Origin: Candidatus Tenderia electrophaga
Lineage (GTDB): Bacteria; Pseudomonadota; Gammaproteobacteria; Tenderiales; Tenderiaceae
Direction of reading: 5' to 3'
Length of the DNA: 64,000 nucleotides
Assembly (NCBI GenBank): GCA_001447805.1
Contig: CP013100.1
Span: forward strand, 42,767 to 106,766
Position numbers and translations under genes: made by a program. The notes below the pieces were generated by a model that worked only from the letters and a program-made list of their open reading frames with translations, had not been told where the DNA came from and made no database searches. This document shows positions 10,200-19,557 of this stretch, piece by piece. Positions within the stretch are counted from its first letter, which is position 1; each line of letters starts with the position of its first letter.

Positions 10200-11151
10200 A
10201 TTGATAGTGTTTCTCCAGCACCTTCTCCAGAGCCTTCCTGACTTCCTGCTTGCTGGCGCCTGGTTCAATGGCGATCGACAACCCGCCCTTCCCTTTTCTG
10301 CTCACGCTCATCATCTTGGCGCCACTGGATGTCTCGAATGAGGCGAGAACCGACTTGTTGGGGCGGGGCTTTTCGGTGGCCGCCTTCAGGGCCGCGATCA
10401 CCTGTTTGCCGTCCAGGCTTTTGTCGTGCAGCTCCAACGCTGCTTCGAGCAGCTTCTTCTTGGTGTTTGAGCGCTTTAGCGCCGGCGCCAGGTCGCGGTA
10501 ATGGCGCACCTTGATTTCCGTGATGTCGCGGTAGGCCTTGACGATTTCGTCGGGGAGGTCGGCGAGCGCCAAGAACCGGCTCAGCCAGTCGATGGATACC
10601 TCGAGCCGCTCCGCCATCTGCTTCTGGCTGGTGTAATACTCATTGAGGGCGTTCTTGTAGTCCACTGCCCGCTCGTAATCCGAGATGTCTTCGCGGTCAC
10701 GGTTCTCGATGTCGGCAAGGCGGAAGGCCTCCTCATCGGTCAGCTCACGGACTTCGACCAACAGATCCCATCCGAGATAAGTCGCGGTCCAATGGCGCCG
10801 CGCACCGCAAATGACCTCGTACTCGTATTCACTCCCCTCCCCTTCCACCTGTCTGACGATGGCCGGGAATTCCTGCTTGCCGGCTGACTTAAAGCCCTCG
10901 ATGAGGTCCCCGCAGCGCGTTTCATTGAGGAGATCATATTGCCGGTTGTGTTTCTCCCACAGGCGGCACTTGGCGGGAGACACCATGTATTGCACCTTTC
11001 GTACCCGCTGGCCCTTGTTGATCTCGCGAGTACTATCCAGGCGGCGCCCGAGGATGCCTTGTGTGGAAGGCTTGGCACCCTCCCCTTTTTCGCGCCGTTC
11101 CTTGAGGCTCTTTTTAGTCGCTTCAGCCAGTGTGCTATTCGGGTTCACCAT
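10198..11151 (-). CDS. parB: Plasmid partition protein ParB
   Basis: ParB box EFPAIVRQV...YEVICGARRHWTATYLGW and LADIENRDREDISDYERA. It lies immediately downstream of parA. ATG 11151 has an AGGAGA SD; the track's GTG 11169 is less likely. Confidence 0.85.
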   Translation of the reverse strand: MVNPNSTLAEATKKSLKERREKGEGAKPSTQGILGRRLDSTREINKGQRVRKVQYMVSPAKCRLWEKHNRQYDLLNETRCGDLIEGFKSAGKQEFPAIVRQVEGEGSEYEYEVICGARRHWTATYLGWDLLVEVRELTDEEAFRLADIENRDREDISDYERAVDYKNALNEYYTSQKQMAERLEVSIDWLSRFLALADLPDEIVKAYRDITEIKVRHYRDLAPALKRSNTKKKLLEAALELHDKSLDGKQVIAALKAATEKPRPNKSVLASFETSSGAKMMSVSRKGKGGLSIAIEPGASKQEVRKALEKVLEKHYQ

Positions 11152-11174
11152 TATTCGCTCTCCTGTCACTCAGA

Positions 11175-12335
11175 TTAGATTAGTCCGCTCTCTCTCAGCG
11201 CCTTTGCATGACTCGGCCAGCTTTTACGGATAAGCAGCTCGATTTCAGCATTCACCGCATCAAGTATATTCAGGCAGCGCTTGTGGACCTTGGTATTGCT
11301 CTTATCCATTTCATAGACGGTACGCTGCAGGTTGCCCGCGGTTACGATCTCGGCAGATTCACGCAGCTTGGCGGACATCACTACATTGCCAAACTCGCTT
11401 TGGATCAGGTCGACCAGGGTCGCCTGCCCGCTCTTGTTCTCGTCAAAGCGACTGATGAGCAGCTTGACGAATTTGTAGTCGATGCGCCCTACTTTCTCCT
11501 CAAGCACCTCCATCGTTTCGTACAGCATAGTGAGAAATGAGATGGTTGAATAAAAGTCATACATGGATGGCGGCATCGGGATAATCAAGGCGTTCGCCGC
11601 ATAAATCACATTCAGCGAGATCATCCCCAAGGCGGGCGGCGGATCCAACAAGATGATGTCGAAATCATCTTGCACGGACTCGATGCCCTCGCGGAGCATA
11701 GAAAACGTATCGGGAGTTACGTGCGCGGCTAGCGAATACTCTGCCTGGTAAAGATGAAGGTTGGCGGGAATGATCGACAGCCCATCCCAATACGTTTCCC
11801 GGATGGCATAATGCAGCGAATCCTTTTCATCCCGGAGGAATGGATAAAGCGTCTCCTCCTCTCTTATATCGTGGTCGGGCAAATACCCGAATGTGCTGGT
11901 GCTGCTCGCCTGCGAGTCACAATCGATCAAGAGGACGCGGTACCCTTCCCTAGCCAGGTACTCGCCGAGATGAGTGGCGACCGTTGACTTCGCCACGCCA
12001 CCCTTGAAGTTCTGAACCGCGATGATGGCCGGCTGGTCGTCATCCAGCCGTGACGGACGTGTGCCGAAGACATCGCGCATTTGATTAATCTGTTTCAGTG
12101 TGAATCCCATCCGGCGGCCATTGGCGCCGGTTTCGGGTGGCGCTAGCCGGCCGTCGGATTCGGCATCGCGGATGGCTTGATGGGAGCGGCCCACCATCTC
12201 GGCCGCCTCTTTCATGGTATATCGACGGGCATCTACTTTGATAGAATCCGGGGTGAAATTGTTGTCTCGGAATGCAACTCTTAGGTCGTCGGTACGTTCA
12301 ACTAATTCAGAAATTATCTCTATCCCTGTGCCCAT
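11175..12335 (-). CDS. parA: Type Ia partition ATPase ParA (with N-terminal HTH extension)
   Basis: Deviant Walker A NFKGGVAKSTVATHL, then LLIDCDSQ. The 386-aa length includes an N-terminal regulatory domain as in P1 ParA/F SopA. Confidence 0.9.
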   Translation of the reverse strand: MGTGIEIISELVERTDDLRVAFRDNNFTPDSIKVDARRYTMKEAAEMVGRSHQAIRDAESDGRLAPPETGANGRRMGFTLKQINQMRDVFGTRPSRLDDDQPAIIAVQNFKGGVAKSTVATHLGEYLAREGYRVLLIDCDSQASSTSTFGYLPDHDIREEETLYPFLRDEKDSLHYAIRETYWDGLSIIPANLHLYQAEYSLAAHVTPDTFSMLREGIESVQDDFDIILLDPPPALGMISLNVIYAANALIIPMPPSMYDFYSTISFLTMLYETMEVLEEKVGRIDYKFVKLLISRFDENKSGQATLVDLIQSEFGNVVMSAKLRESAEIVTAGNLQRTVYEMDKSNTKVHKRCLNILDAVNAEIELLIRKSWPSHAKALRESGLI

Positions 12336-12357
12336 CTCGGTTTCATCCCCTTAGACT

Positions 12358-12385
12358 TGAACAATTCTGGCTAGAGTATATAATA
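12358..12385 (+). promoter_or_regulatory. Sigma70-like promoter for the replication initiator gene
   Basis: TTGAAC, a 16-nt spacer, then TATAAT. It sits in the parA/rep divergent intergenic region ~55 nt upstream of the rep start. Confidence 0.55.
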
Positions 12386-12438
12386 ATGCTCAAGTTTGGC
12401 AATGAAGACTTAACTTTCTAAGTCTCTGGGAGAGTCGC

Positions 12439-13476
12439 GTGGCGGCAGTCAAAAGGGGTGATGGTAAAATAGAGTCGATGTTCGATAAGCTCGAACGGCT
12501 CCAAGGCCAGTCTACCTCCAAAGCCAAGCAGAACGCGAGCGACGCGCTTTCTACATCAGCCCCCAAACCCAAACGGCGCTCCAGCCGTCGCAGCCGGGTT
12601 ACCCTAGAACAATTCAACCTCGATCTGTTTGCCAAAGAGGTCGATGGTCGCTTTTCCTCATATCCGCTGAACCCCGGGTCAGAGTTTCCGACCTTCCTCA
12701 CACGCATTCCGATCTTTCTGCCCATGAAACGGGGCCGGAGTCTGAAGCTGGACCACGACAATGCATTGCCATTTGCGACGTCGTGGGGAAGGGGACGTAA
12801 GCACGGCCCGCCACTCACGGTCTACGACGAAGACACCCTCATGGCCATAGCCAGATTAAGGAAGAGTCGTCTGGAAGGGGCGCCGGCCAATATGCCGATT
12901 CCATTGTCTGCGATTCAACCCAGGTCTGGGGAGGATAAGAAAGACGTTTCGGTTCATGTCTTGGCCTGTACGTTGAGCGATATCCAACACGAATGCGGTG
13001 ACTCGGATGGGGGCACCAATCTGCAGCTGCGACTCGCCAGCATCAAGCGCCTCGGCGCAACCGTGATCGAATTCGATCGCATTACCCAGGACAAGCAGGG
13101 TTACCGCGGTACTCAAATCAAGCTCGTCGACGTGGCCTGGGATGTCTACGAGGATAATGCCGTCCTCCTGATCCAGTTCTCACCGTTGATGGCCATGTGG
13201 CTCGAGAGCGAATATACCTATATTAATTGGAGCGTTCGCCGGCAACTGTCGGATACCGGAAAAGCGATCCATCGCTTTCTCAGCGCTCAGCCGAAGCAGT
13301 ACACCATCTTCACCGAAAAGCTCATGGCCACGATCGGCTTCCAGCGCTCTTACCGCTATTTCATGAGCGACCTTCGGGGTACGCTGACCAAGCTCGAAGA
13401 ACTGGGTTGGCTGACGAGTTGGGAGATCACAGGTACAGGCCGACGTATACCGCACAAGCTGACCATCCTCCGGTAA
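12439..13476 (+). CDS. TrfA-family plasmid replication initiator
   Basis: The layout matches what I recall of TrfA: a basic N-terminus, ...PIFLPMKRGR...YDEDTLMAIARL..., and a C-terminal ...INWSVRRQLSDTGKAIHRFLSAQP...LGWLTSWEI. It is divergent from parAB and is followed directly by iterons. Confidence 0.65.
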   Translation: MAAVKRGDGKIESMFDKLERLQGQSTSKAKQNASDALSTSAPKPKRRSSRRSRVTLEQFNLDLFAKEVDGRFSSYPLNPGSEFPTFLTRIPIFLPMKRGRSLKLDHDNALPFATSWGRGRKHGPPLTVYDEDTLMAIARLRKSRLEGAPANMPIPLSAIQPRSGEDKKDVSVHVLACTLSDIQHECGDSDGGTNLQLRLASIKRLGATVIEFDRITQDKQGYRGTQIKLVDVAWDVYEDNAVLLIQFSPLMAMWLESEYTYINWSVRRQLSDTGKAIHRFLSAQPKQYTIFTEKLMATIGFQRSYRYFMSDLRGTLTKLEELGWLTSWEITGTGRRIPHKLTILR

Positions 13477-13492
13477 AGGAGGGGAGAGGCCA

Positions 13493-13514
13493 CGATCCGT
13501 TAATAAACGGATCG
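13493..13514. promoter_or_regulatory. Palindrome built from two inverted iteron-core half sites
   Basis: CGATCCGTTaataAACGGATCG lies 17 nt after the rep stop. It contains the CCGTTAAT iteron core in inverted orientation. Confidence 0.45.
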
Positions 13515-13741
13515 AATGGTTTCCCACCTCTGCAGCTTAGCCATCCTTATCGCCTTCCAGCCCCCATTCTTACTGGGTTCCTGTCCTATTTAGCCACTCC
13601 AAGACGCGTGGCGATATTGACCCTACAACAGGAGATTCACGCGCATTACCCGTTAATCTACAGACCGAACCTGTATTTTTGGGTAAGCGCGAACTCATAA
13701 ATCAAGATGCCGCGAAAGGGGAGGATAGAGGGATGACGTAA

Positions 13742-13759
13742 AATTGGCCATGGCCAATT
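13742..13759. promoter_or_regulatory. Second copy of the parS-like palindrome core
   Basis: AATTGGCCATGGCCAATT, an 18-bp perfect palindrome identical to the core of 10176-10199. Confidence 0.5.
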
Positions 13760-13961
13760 CTATATTATATGATTGATTTAATTGTAATTATTGGATTTAT
13801 TCGGTCTTTTAGCGTAGGCCAGTAAATCGATGAGGTACTACCGTTAACCTACGGACCGAATGCGTTACCTTGAGCCTTAATCACCGTTAATACACAGACC
13901 GAACCGACCGATAGGGGAGGGGGCACTACCGTTAATATAGCGACCGAATCATCAGCCCTAC

Positions 13962-13970
13962 TTATCCACA
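13962..13970 (+). promoter_or_regulatory. Consensus DnaA box
   Basis: TTATCCACA, a perfect 9-mer located between iterons. Confidence 0.6.
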
Positions 13971-15262
13971 GGCTACCGTTATTGTCCCGATCGACTGGGG
14001 TGTAAACACGATTCAACGCAGGTAATGTACCGACCGACCTCCGTTACTATAGCGACTGGCCACCGTTACTAATACGACTCAATTTCTTCTCTAAACGCTG
14101 TTACCTCAGTTCTATCAAACGCTTAGCCTTTCGCTCCCAATAGGTAGTCCTTTTTTAGTATTTTTATAATTAATATGTAGTTCCTGTTTCAAGGTATTCC
14201 ACCACCTAACCCTCCAGTCGCTATCGCTCCTTCCGCCCTGCTTCGCAGCCTATTAAGGAATTCGCTCCCGCTCATCCTGTTGGATATCCTAGGTTCCTTT
14301 AAAAGCGCCCGCGCTCCCGTCATCAGTCCCTTTCCAGGCCCTTCTACGGGCTTTAATCGGTCTACAATGTATAGAAGCGGTTTGGGGCAAGGATCACCTT
14401 CATTCGCCTCATCACGGACCGTGGTCCTTGCCACGAATGACCATCTCCTTACCGTGCTGCTCGCACCCTTCCCCGCATTCGTTTACCGCCTGGTGGCGCC
14501 GCTCACAAAGCTATTTTTGTGTTCTCAACACTACGATGGCATTGCCAAAACGTTTTGTTACTGACGCTCTATTTGTGCCCGAATATGCATATCGGGCGAC
14601 ATAACCTCCGGTAATGTCACAACTAGTTACACCATCGATCTGCGCATTAACGCCAGGAACGAGGGGCCGAATCAAGACGCTGTACGTCGCTAACGCTCCA
14701 ACAGCCTCTAGATCCAGCCGCCCCGGTCGGCCCTTACTTCCACTACGTTCCAGTAAGGGTGCTAACGCACGCCGAGCCTGGGCCCTCGTTCCTGGCGCGC
14801 CGCGCTCAGAAAGCCTAATGTTTCGCGGCTGCGCCGCGCGTTTTTATATGTATATGCGTTTCGTGGCCACGGCCCGAAACGGGGCCAGGGCAAACAACGT
14901 TGCCCAGGCCGCGGAATGCGATGAAGCGTTTCCATCGCATGCTTGTTTGAATTTGGTTTTAGGGTGCGAATGACGGTGGGGATAGCACCCATGTTTTCCC
15001 CAACATCCACGGCCTGGAACCCGTGACGGCCGGAGCATCACAACGATGATTGCGAGGCCAAGCACGGGCCGCCCGGCGGGCGGGGCGGTGGAGGCTTGTG
15101 GAAAACCCGCCCGGAGCCCGTGTGCGTGCGGCACATACTTGATTTAGCAATGAAAAAGACAAAACTCGCTAACGATGGCGGTTTATCTGGGTAGACAAAA
15201 GAAACGCTGTTAATTATTAGTATCCTATGTCTTATCTGTATATTTAGGCTATAATCGCTAAT

Positions 15263-15577
15263 ATGTTTACTATTAATGATACCGAGGCTACAGTACTGAA
15301 ACGCTGGGGCGAGCAGCTCAAGGCGCGTCGCCTGATGCGCAACGATCGCCAAAGCGACGCCGCGGCGCGTCTGGGGGTGTCGCTGGCCACGTATCGCAAG
15401 CTCGAGGCTGGCCACCCGACCCTCCCGGTTGGCTATTGGCTGCGCATGATCCGCATCTATGGCGACCTTGATGCCTTGAACGAGGTTTTCACGGAAAAGA
15501 AACGCCTGTTCGATCAACTCGATGCCTCTGAAAGCGCGGATTACACCCAGGGGCGACAACGGGCGCGGCGGCGATGA
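15263..15577 (+). CDS. hipB: XRE-family HTH antitoxin (HipB-like)
   Basis: HTH SDAAARLGVSLATYRKLEAG. Its stop overlaps the hipA start (ATGA at 15574). Confidence 0.75.
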   Translation: MFTINDTEATVLKRWGEQLKARRLMRNDRQSDAAARLGVSLATYRKLEAGHPTLPVGYWLRMIRIYGDLDALNEVFTEKKRLFDQLDASESADYTQGRQRARRR

Positions 15578-16791
15578 TTCATCTTGAGGTTTGGCTGACC
15601 CTTCCCGACGGCGAGCGGATCCAGGCCGGCGAGATTGTCACCGCGGATCCGGACGCTGAACACGGCGGCGCCCTGCAAGGCGAATACCGTTACTGTACGG
15701 ATTATTTAGATTCACCGCGGGCCTTTCCGTTGGATCCAGTGGCCCTGCCGTTACAGGACCGGATTTTCAATGCCAACAATCCCCGTAGTGGGGTTCATCA
15801 AGTGTTCGAAGACTCCCTGCCAGATGACTGGGGCCGCCAATTGTTGGTGCGCCGCTACCGTTTACCCCGAGGCCGACAACGGCCGCCGCAGCTGTTGTCT
15901 TGTATTGGCATTTCCGCCCTCGGCGCGCTGGCGTTCATCAATAAAGACCGTCCTCAACCGGAATCAAATGCCGCAGGTCTACCGGACCTGCCGGCCCTGC
16001 TGCAGGCAGCGGCGCGCTATGAGCAGGGTGAGCTGGCGCAGGGCGATGAATTGCAGCTGCTGTTTCAGGCCGGCAGTTCGCCGGGCGGGGCCCGGCCGAA
16101 GGTACTGGTAGAAGAACAGGGGAGGGGATGGATCGCAAAGTTTCCCTCGGCACGCGACCGTTTTGATGTGGTGCGATTGGAGGCGGCCAGTCTCGAGTTG
16201 GCGCGACGTTCCGGCCTGGTCGTCCCCGAGTTCAGATTGGTGGACGCGGCCGGCCGGGCGGTGCTGTTGGTGCGGCGCTTTGATGAGACAGGGGAGGGGG
16301 GTCGGCGCCACCTGGTCAGTATGCGCACCCTGCTACAGGTCGAGAATTACTACAATTGTGCCTATCACGATGTGGCCGATATTGTGCGCTGCCACAGTGA
16401 TCATCCGCAACAGGATCTGGCGGCGGTCTACCGTTGGATGGTGTTTAACGCCGCCCTCGGCAATACCGACGATCATCTCAAAAATATTATGATGCAACAT
16501 GATGATGACGGTTGGGCCCTGGCGCCACTGTACGATCTGGTCCCGAATATCAACCGCAACCTGGAACATGTGCTGATGTTTGATACCTCCTTCTACCCGC
16601 CGGACAAGGCCGGGCTGGTGGGAATGGCGGCGAAGTTCGGGCTCTCCAAGCGCCAGGCTGAAGCGATCGTTGAGGCCGTTTGGGAAGCCTTGACCCGGTG
16701 GGAATCGGTGTTCGCGGAGCAAGGGGTTCCGGACGCAGACATTGTACGCTTGCGTCCGGATATCTCAGGACGGTTAGCCGCTAAGGACTGA
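15574..16791 (+). CDS. hipA: HipA-family serine/threonine kinase toxin
   Basis: GSSPGGARPKVLV and ALGNTDDHLKNIMM motifs. Confidence 0.85.
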   Translation: MIHLEVWLTLPDGERIQAGEIVTADPDAEHGGALQGEYRYCTDYLDSPRAFPLDPVALPLQDRIFNANNPRSGVHQVFEDSLPDDWGRQLLVRRYRLPRGRQRPPQLLSCIGISALGALAFINKDRPQPESNAAGLPDLPALLQAAARYEQGELAQGDELQLLFQAGSSPGGARPKVLVEEQGRGWIAKFPSARDRFDVVRLEAASLELARRSGLVVPEFRLVDAAGRAVLLVRRFDETGEGGRRHLVSMRTLLQVENYYNCAYHDVADIVRCHSDHPQQDLAAVYRWMVFNAALGNTDDHLKNIMMQHDDDGWALAPLYDLVPNINRNLEHVLMFDTSFYPPDKAGLVGMAAKFGLSKRQAEAIVEAVWEALTRWESVFAEQGVPDADIVRLRPDISGRLAAKD

Positions 16792-17085
16792 TGTGCGCCA
16801 TCGACGGATATCTGGTGTCAGGTACACGTTATTGTTTTAAATACATAAAATGGATTAAAACGGAATTAAATCAAGTTGACCATAAATTTATAACGCACCA
16901 TTGAAGTATGGTTGACTCGCTGAATATACATGTTTTGTCCATATTGGACGGGCCTATTATGGCTGTTGGCTCTGATCCGCTCCGAAGCGATCTTGATGTC
17001 GGCGGGGTAAACAACTTTCGCATTGATTGAAGTCTCTGGAAGGGCTTCTCTTTAAACAGATACTAACCAAGAATAGGGAATTGCA

Positions 17086-17520
17086 ATGGACGAGATCACA
17101 CGAGCAAGACTGCGACAACGGCGCGATCGGGAAATGGCTCGCGCCATTGAACACGGTCGGGAGGCGCCCGACCGTTTCCTGGAGGCTTGGCTGAAAGGCG
17201 TCAAAAAGGTGGGTCCCCAGTATTTCGAGTTTCGGGCACCTATCTACGACGCGTCGGTTCAGCCCGCCGCTTCCCTGGAAGAGGTGACATCCAAATGGCA
17301 GGTCGTGCCAAACGAGGCATTCATCGAACAGTCAATTGGTGTCCTCTCAAGTGGAGAGGCGACACTCTTAGCCGTCATGTGTTCCTTTTATAATGCCGAA
17401 TGGGGTGGCCGTTTGATGCGGGCGCAGGGGATTGAAGGGATGGCCGACATCGCCGGCACACTCGATCTGGACAGTAACGAGATTGTTGCAGCGTTGCTGG
17501 TCAATTATACCGGCTGGTAG
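17086..17520 (+). CDS. Hypothetical protein (144 aa)
   Basis: Clean ORF with plausible composition. I recognise no motif. Confidence 0.5.
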   Translation: MDEITRARLRQRRDREMARAIEHGREAPDRFLEAWLKGVKKVGPQYFEFRAPIYDASVQPAASLEEVTSKWQVVPNEAFIEQSIGVLSSGEATLLAVMCSFYNAEWGGRLMRAQGIEGMADIAGTLDLDSNEIVAALLVNYTGW

Positions 17521-17612
17521 ATTCTTCCAAATACCTCACCTGGCAATGGGCGCGCCCGTGATGCCGATCTAAGGTGAGTATTTATTTCCAAAAGAGCACA
17601 GAGTAGGGCTGT

Positions 17613-18215
17613 ATGTCGATCGCTGATTTAGTCGCCGAAAAGCGTTTGCGCGAATATCGCAAGGCCTTTGCCGACAGTGGCTGGGCACTGCGCGCTGAGG
17701 CACGTGCAATTGCCGGGCATACCGATATCCGCGAAGGTCCGGTGTTCTATCTCTGTGATGTGGCAACCGGGCAATTGCACGTTGTGGTTGCGATCAAGAA
17801 TGTCTTTGACATCGCGGAGCGAAGAAACCAGAGCGGCGGATTTCCCTACCAGGATATATGCGATGCGTTTGGATCGCTCTATTCGGATATTTGTAATGGC
17901 AACATCGGACTGGATGACGAGGCCGAAGATATGTTGGCGCTGGGGGCCTCTTTATATATTGCGGGCACTCAGGGGTACCAATTGGTTCAGAACCAGGGGT
18001 TGCAGAACATGCATTATCTGGTTATTCGCCATTGGGATTATGCAAACGATATGGATATCCTCAGGCCGGTCCCTATCAAGGGGAAGGCGTTTTACGCTCC
18101 AGAGGAAATCGAGGGGTTGGTGGATCAAGTCCTGGCGATAGATCGGAACAATCACCCGGATCGGTTCAAATCCGCTGAGGTCATTCCGTTTAAGATCAAA
18201 CAACGCATCGACTAA
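17613..18215 (+). CDS. Hypothetical protein (200 aa)
   Basis: Clean ORF co-directional with 17086-17520. I recognise no motif. Confidence 0.5.
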   Translation: MSIADLVAEKRLREYRKAFADSGWALRAEARAIAGHTDIREGPVFYLCDVATGQLHVVVAIKNVFDIAERRNQSGGFPYQDICDAFGSLYSDICNGNIGLDDEAEDMLALGASLYIAGTQGYQLVQNQGLQNMHYLVIRHWDYANDMDILRPVPIKGKAFYAPEEIEGLVDQVLAIDRNNHPDRFKSAEVIPFKIKQRID

Positions 18216-18764
18216 AGTAATGCCCGCCTACACTTGAGTGGGCTACTGCAGAAATTAGTGTAGTTTCGTGGCCATGGACGTATGGCTAAACCTCTGCGTA
18301 CCTCCGTTCAACGCCAACCCTCCATCTGTAAATATGAGGCCCGGCCTGGGGCAGGTGTCACAAGATCGAGGCCGGTTTGTGCGACTCATAACAGTCAACG
18401 GTTGATCTCTGAAGTTATCCTCGTTACAATTACCCCTGTATTCTGGGGGCAGAAGAATTGGCACGATGTGGTTACAATTTCCGCGTTCAAAATTTGCTAT
18501 CACCTATATTTGGTGATCGCCAGTCCAATATTTTCCTACCTAGTATTTTCTTCATCTATTCGCCAGACCGACCATCGCACAACACGGTGTGTTGCCTTGT
18601 TGTGTCTTTGATCTCAATTGTTATCCAAGTAGCGCTCTGATGCTTGGGCTGGATCTTAAGGAGATGACAGAAAACGCGTGTTGATTGCAAGGCACCATGC
18701 ATTGCATTCCCACCCAGCCCCCTGAGGATTAAGTAGTTAATAACTAAACCGCAGGAGAACAATA

Positions 18765-19370
18765 ATGAAAAACAGTATGTTGACACGAGCGCTTGTGGGG
18801 AGCTCCCTCGTTTGCATGTTTCAACCGGCGATGGCGCAAGACCTGAATTATGACTACGTCGAAGTGATCTATGCGTCCGCTTCAATAGACTACGGTGGGA
18901 CGAGTGATCTCGATGGCAATGGTGTTGGAGTGGTGGCATCGGGGAGCATTTCACCCAATCTCGCGATTGGGGCTGGTTATTCCGGGGTGAGTTATGACCG
19001 GCTGATGGGTGTGGATCTGGACACCTCAAGCCTGACATTTGGCTTGCTGGGGCATACCGCTGTGGCCCCCAAAACTGATGTCTACGGCTCCTTTTCTGTA
19101 CTTCGGGCAGAGATTGAAGTCAGCAATGGATTCGCTTCAGCCAGTGATGATGATGTCGGAAACACAATCAGTGTGGGTCTGAGACACCTGGCCAGTGATG
19201 CCGTTGAGCTGGAAATCAGTCTTGCTCGCGTAGATGTTTTCGACGAATCCGAAACTGGCTTCGGCGTAGAGGCAAGGTTTTTTGCCACTGAAAAACTCGC
19301 GATCGGAGTGGGATACTCCCAAGGTGATGATGCTGACGCGATATTGTTAAGCGCCAGGATTGGTTTGTAA
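18765..19370 (+). CDS. Small outer-membrane beta-barrel protein
   Basis: Signal peptide ...CMFQPAMA/QD, alternating amphipathic beta-strand pattern rich in G/Y/S, SD ggagaa upstream. Confidence 0.6.
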   Translation: MKNSMLTRALVGSSLVCMFQPAMAQDLNYDYVEVIYASASIDYGGTSDLDGNGVGVVASGSISPNLAIGAGYSGVSYDRLMGVDLDTSSLTFGLLGHTAVAPKTDVYGSFSVLRAEIEVSNGFASASDDDVGNTISVGLRHLASDAVELEISLARVDVFDESETGFGVEARFFATEKLAIGVGYSQGDDADAILLSARIGL

Positions 19371-19557
19371 TCGACGTCACTATTGTAGCGCTGTCGCCAT
19401 GTGCGACCTGTGTAACTGAACAGGCAATTACGCCTACAGGCAAGACGCGGTTCGGCACAGGATAGCGGCAACTTCCGTCTATGAGGCGAATCGAGAGTAT
19501 TGGCGCATCTACATTTACGTACGCGACTCTAAACCAACCGACTAAAGGAAAATAATA

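Larger units (their letters stand above)
13648..14082 (+). repeat. oriV iteron array (4 good and about 3 degenerate ~21-bp direct repeats)
   Basis: Consensus ACCGTTAAnnTAnnGACCGAA at 13648-13669, 13840-13860, 13883-13903 and 13928-13948. Degenerate copies start at about 13975, 14041 and 14062. An AT-rich stretch follows at about 14150-14190. Confidence 0.8.

Noticed and set aside
14273-14280. CATCCTGT, matching the YATCCTG|Y nic-site consensus of MOBP/MOBQ oriTs, in the ORF-poor region next to oriV
   Set aside because: A 7-8-mer is expected by chance several times in 64 kb on two strands. There is no adjacent relaxase and no flanking inverted repeat of the usual kind. I keep it only as a note for anyone mapping oriT.
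15038-15559. 173-aa minus-strand ORF
   Set aside because: It is antisense to hipB and runs into the ORF-poor region. The translation lacks motifs, and hipB on the plus strand has a clear HTH and is coupled to hipA.
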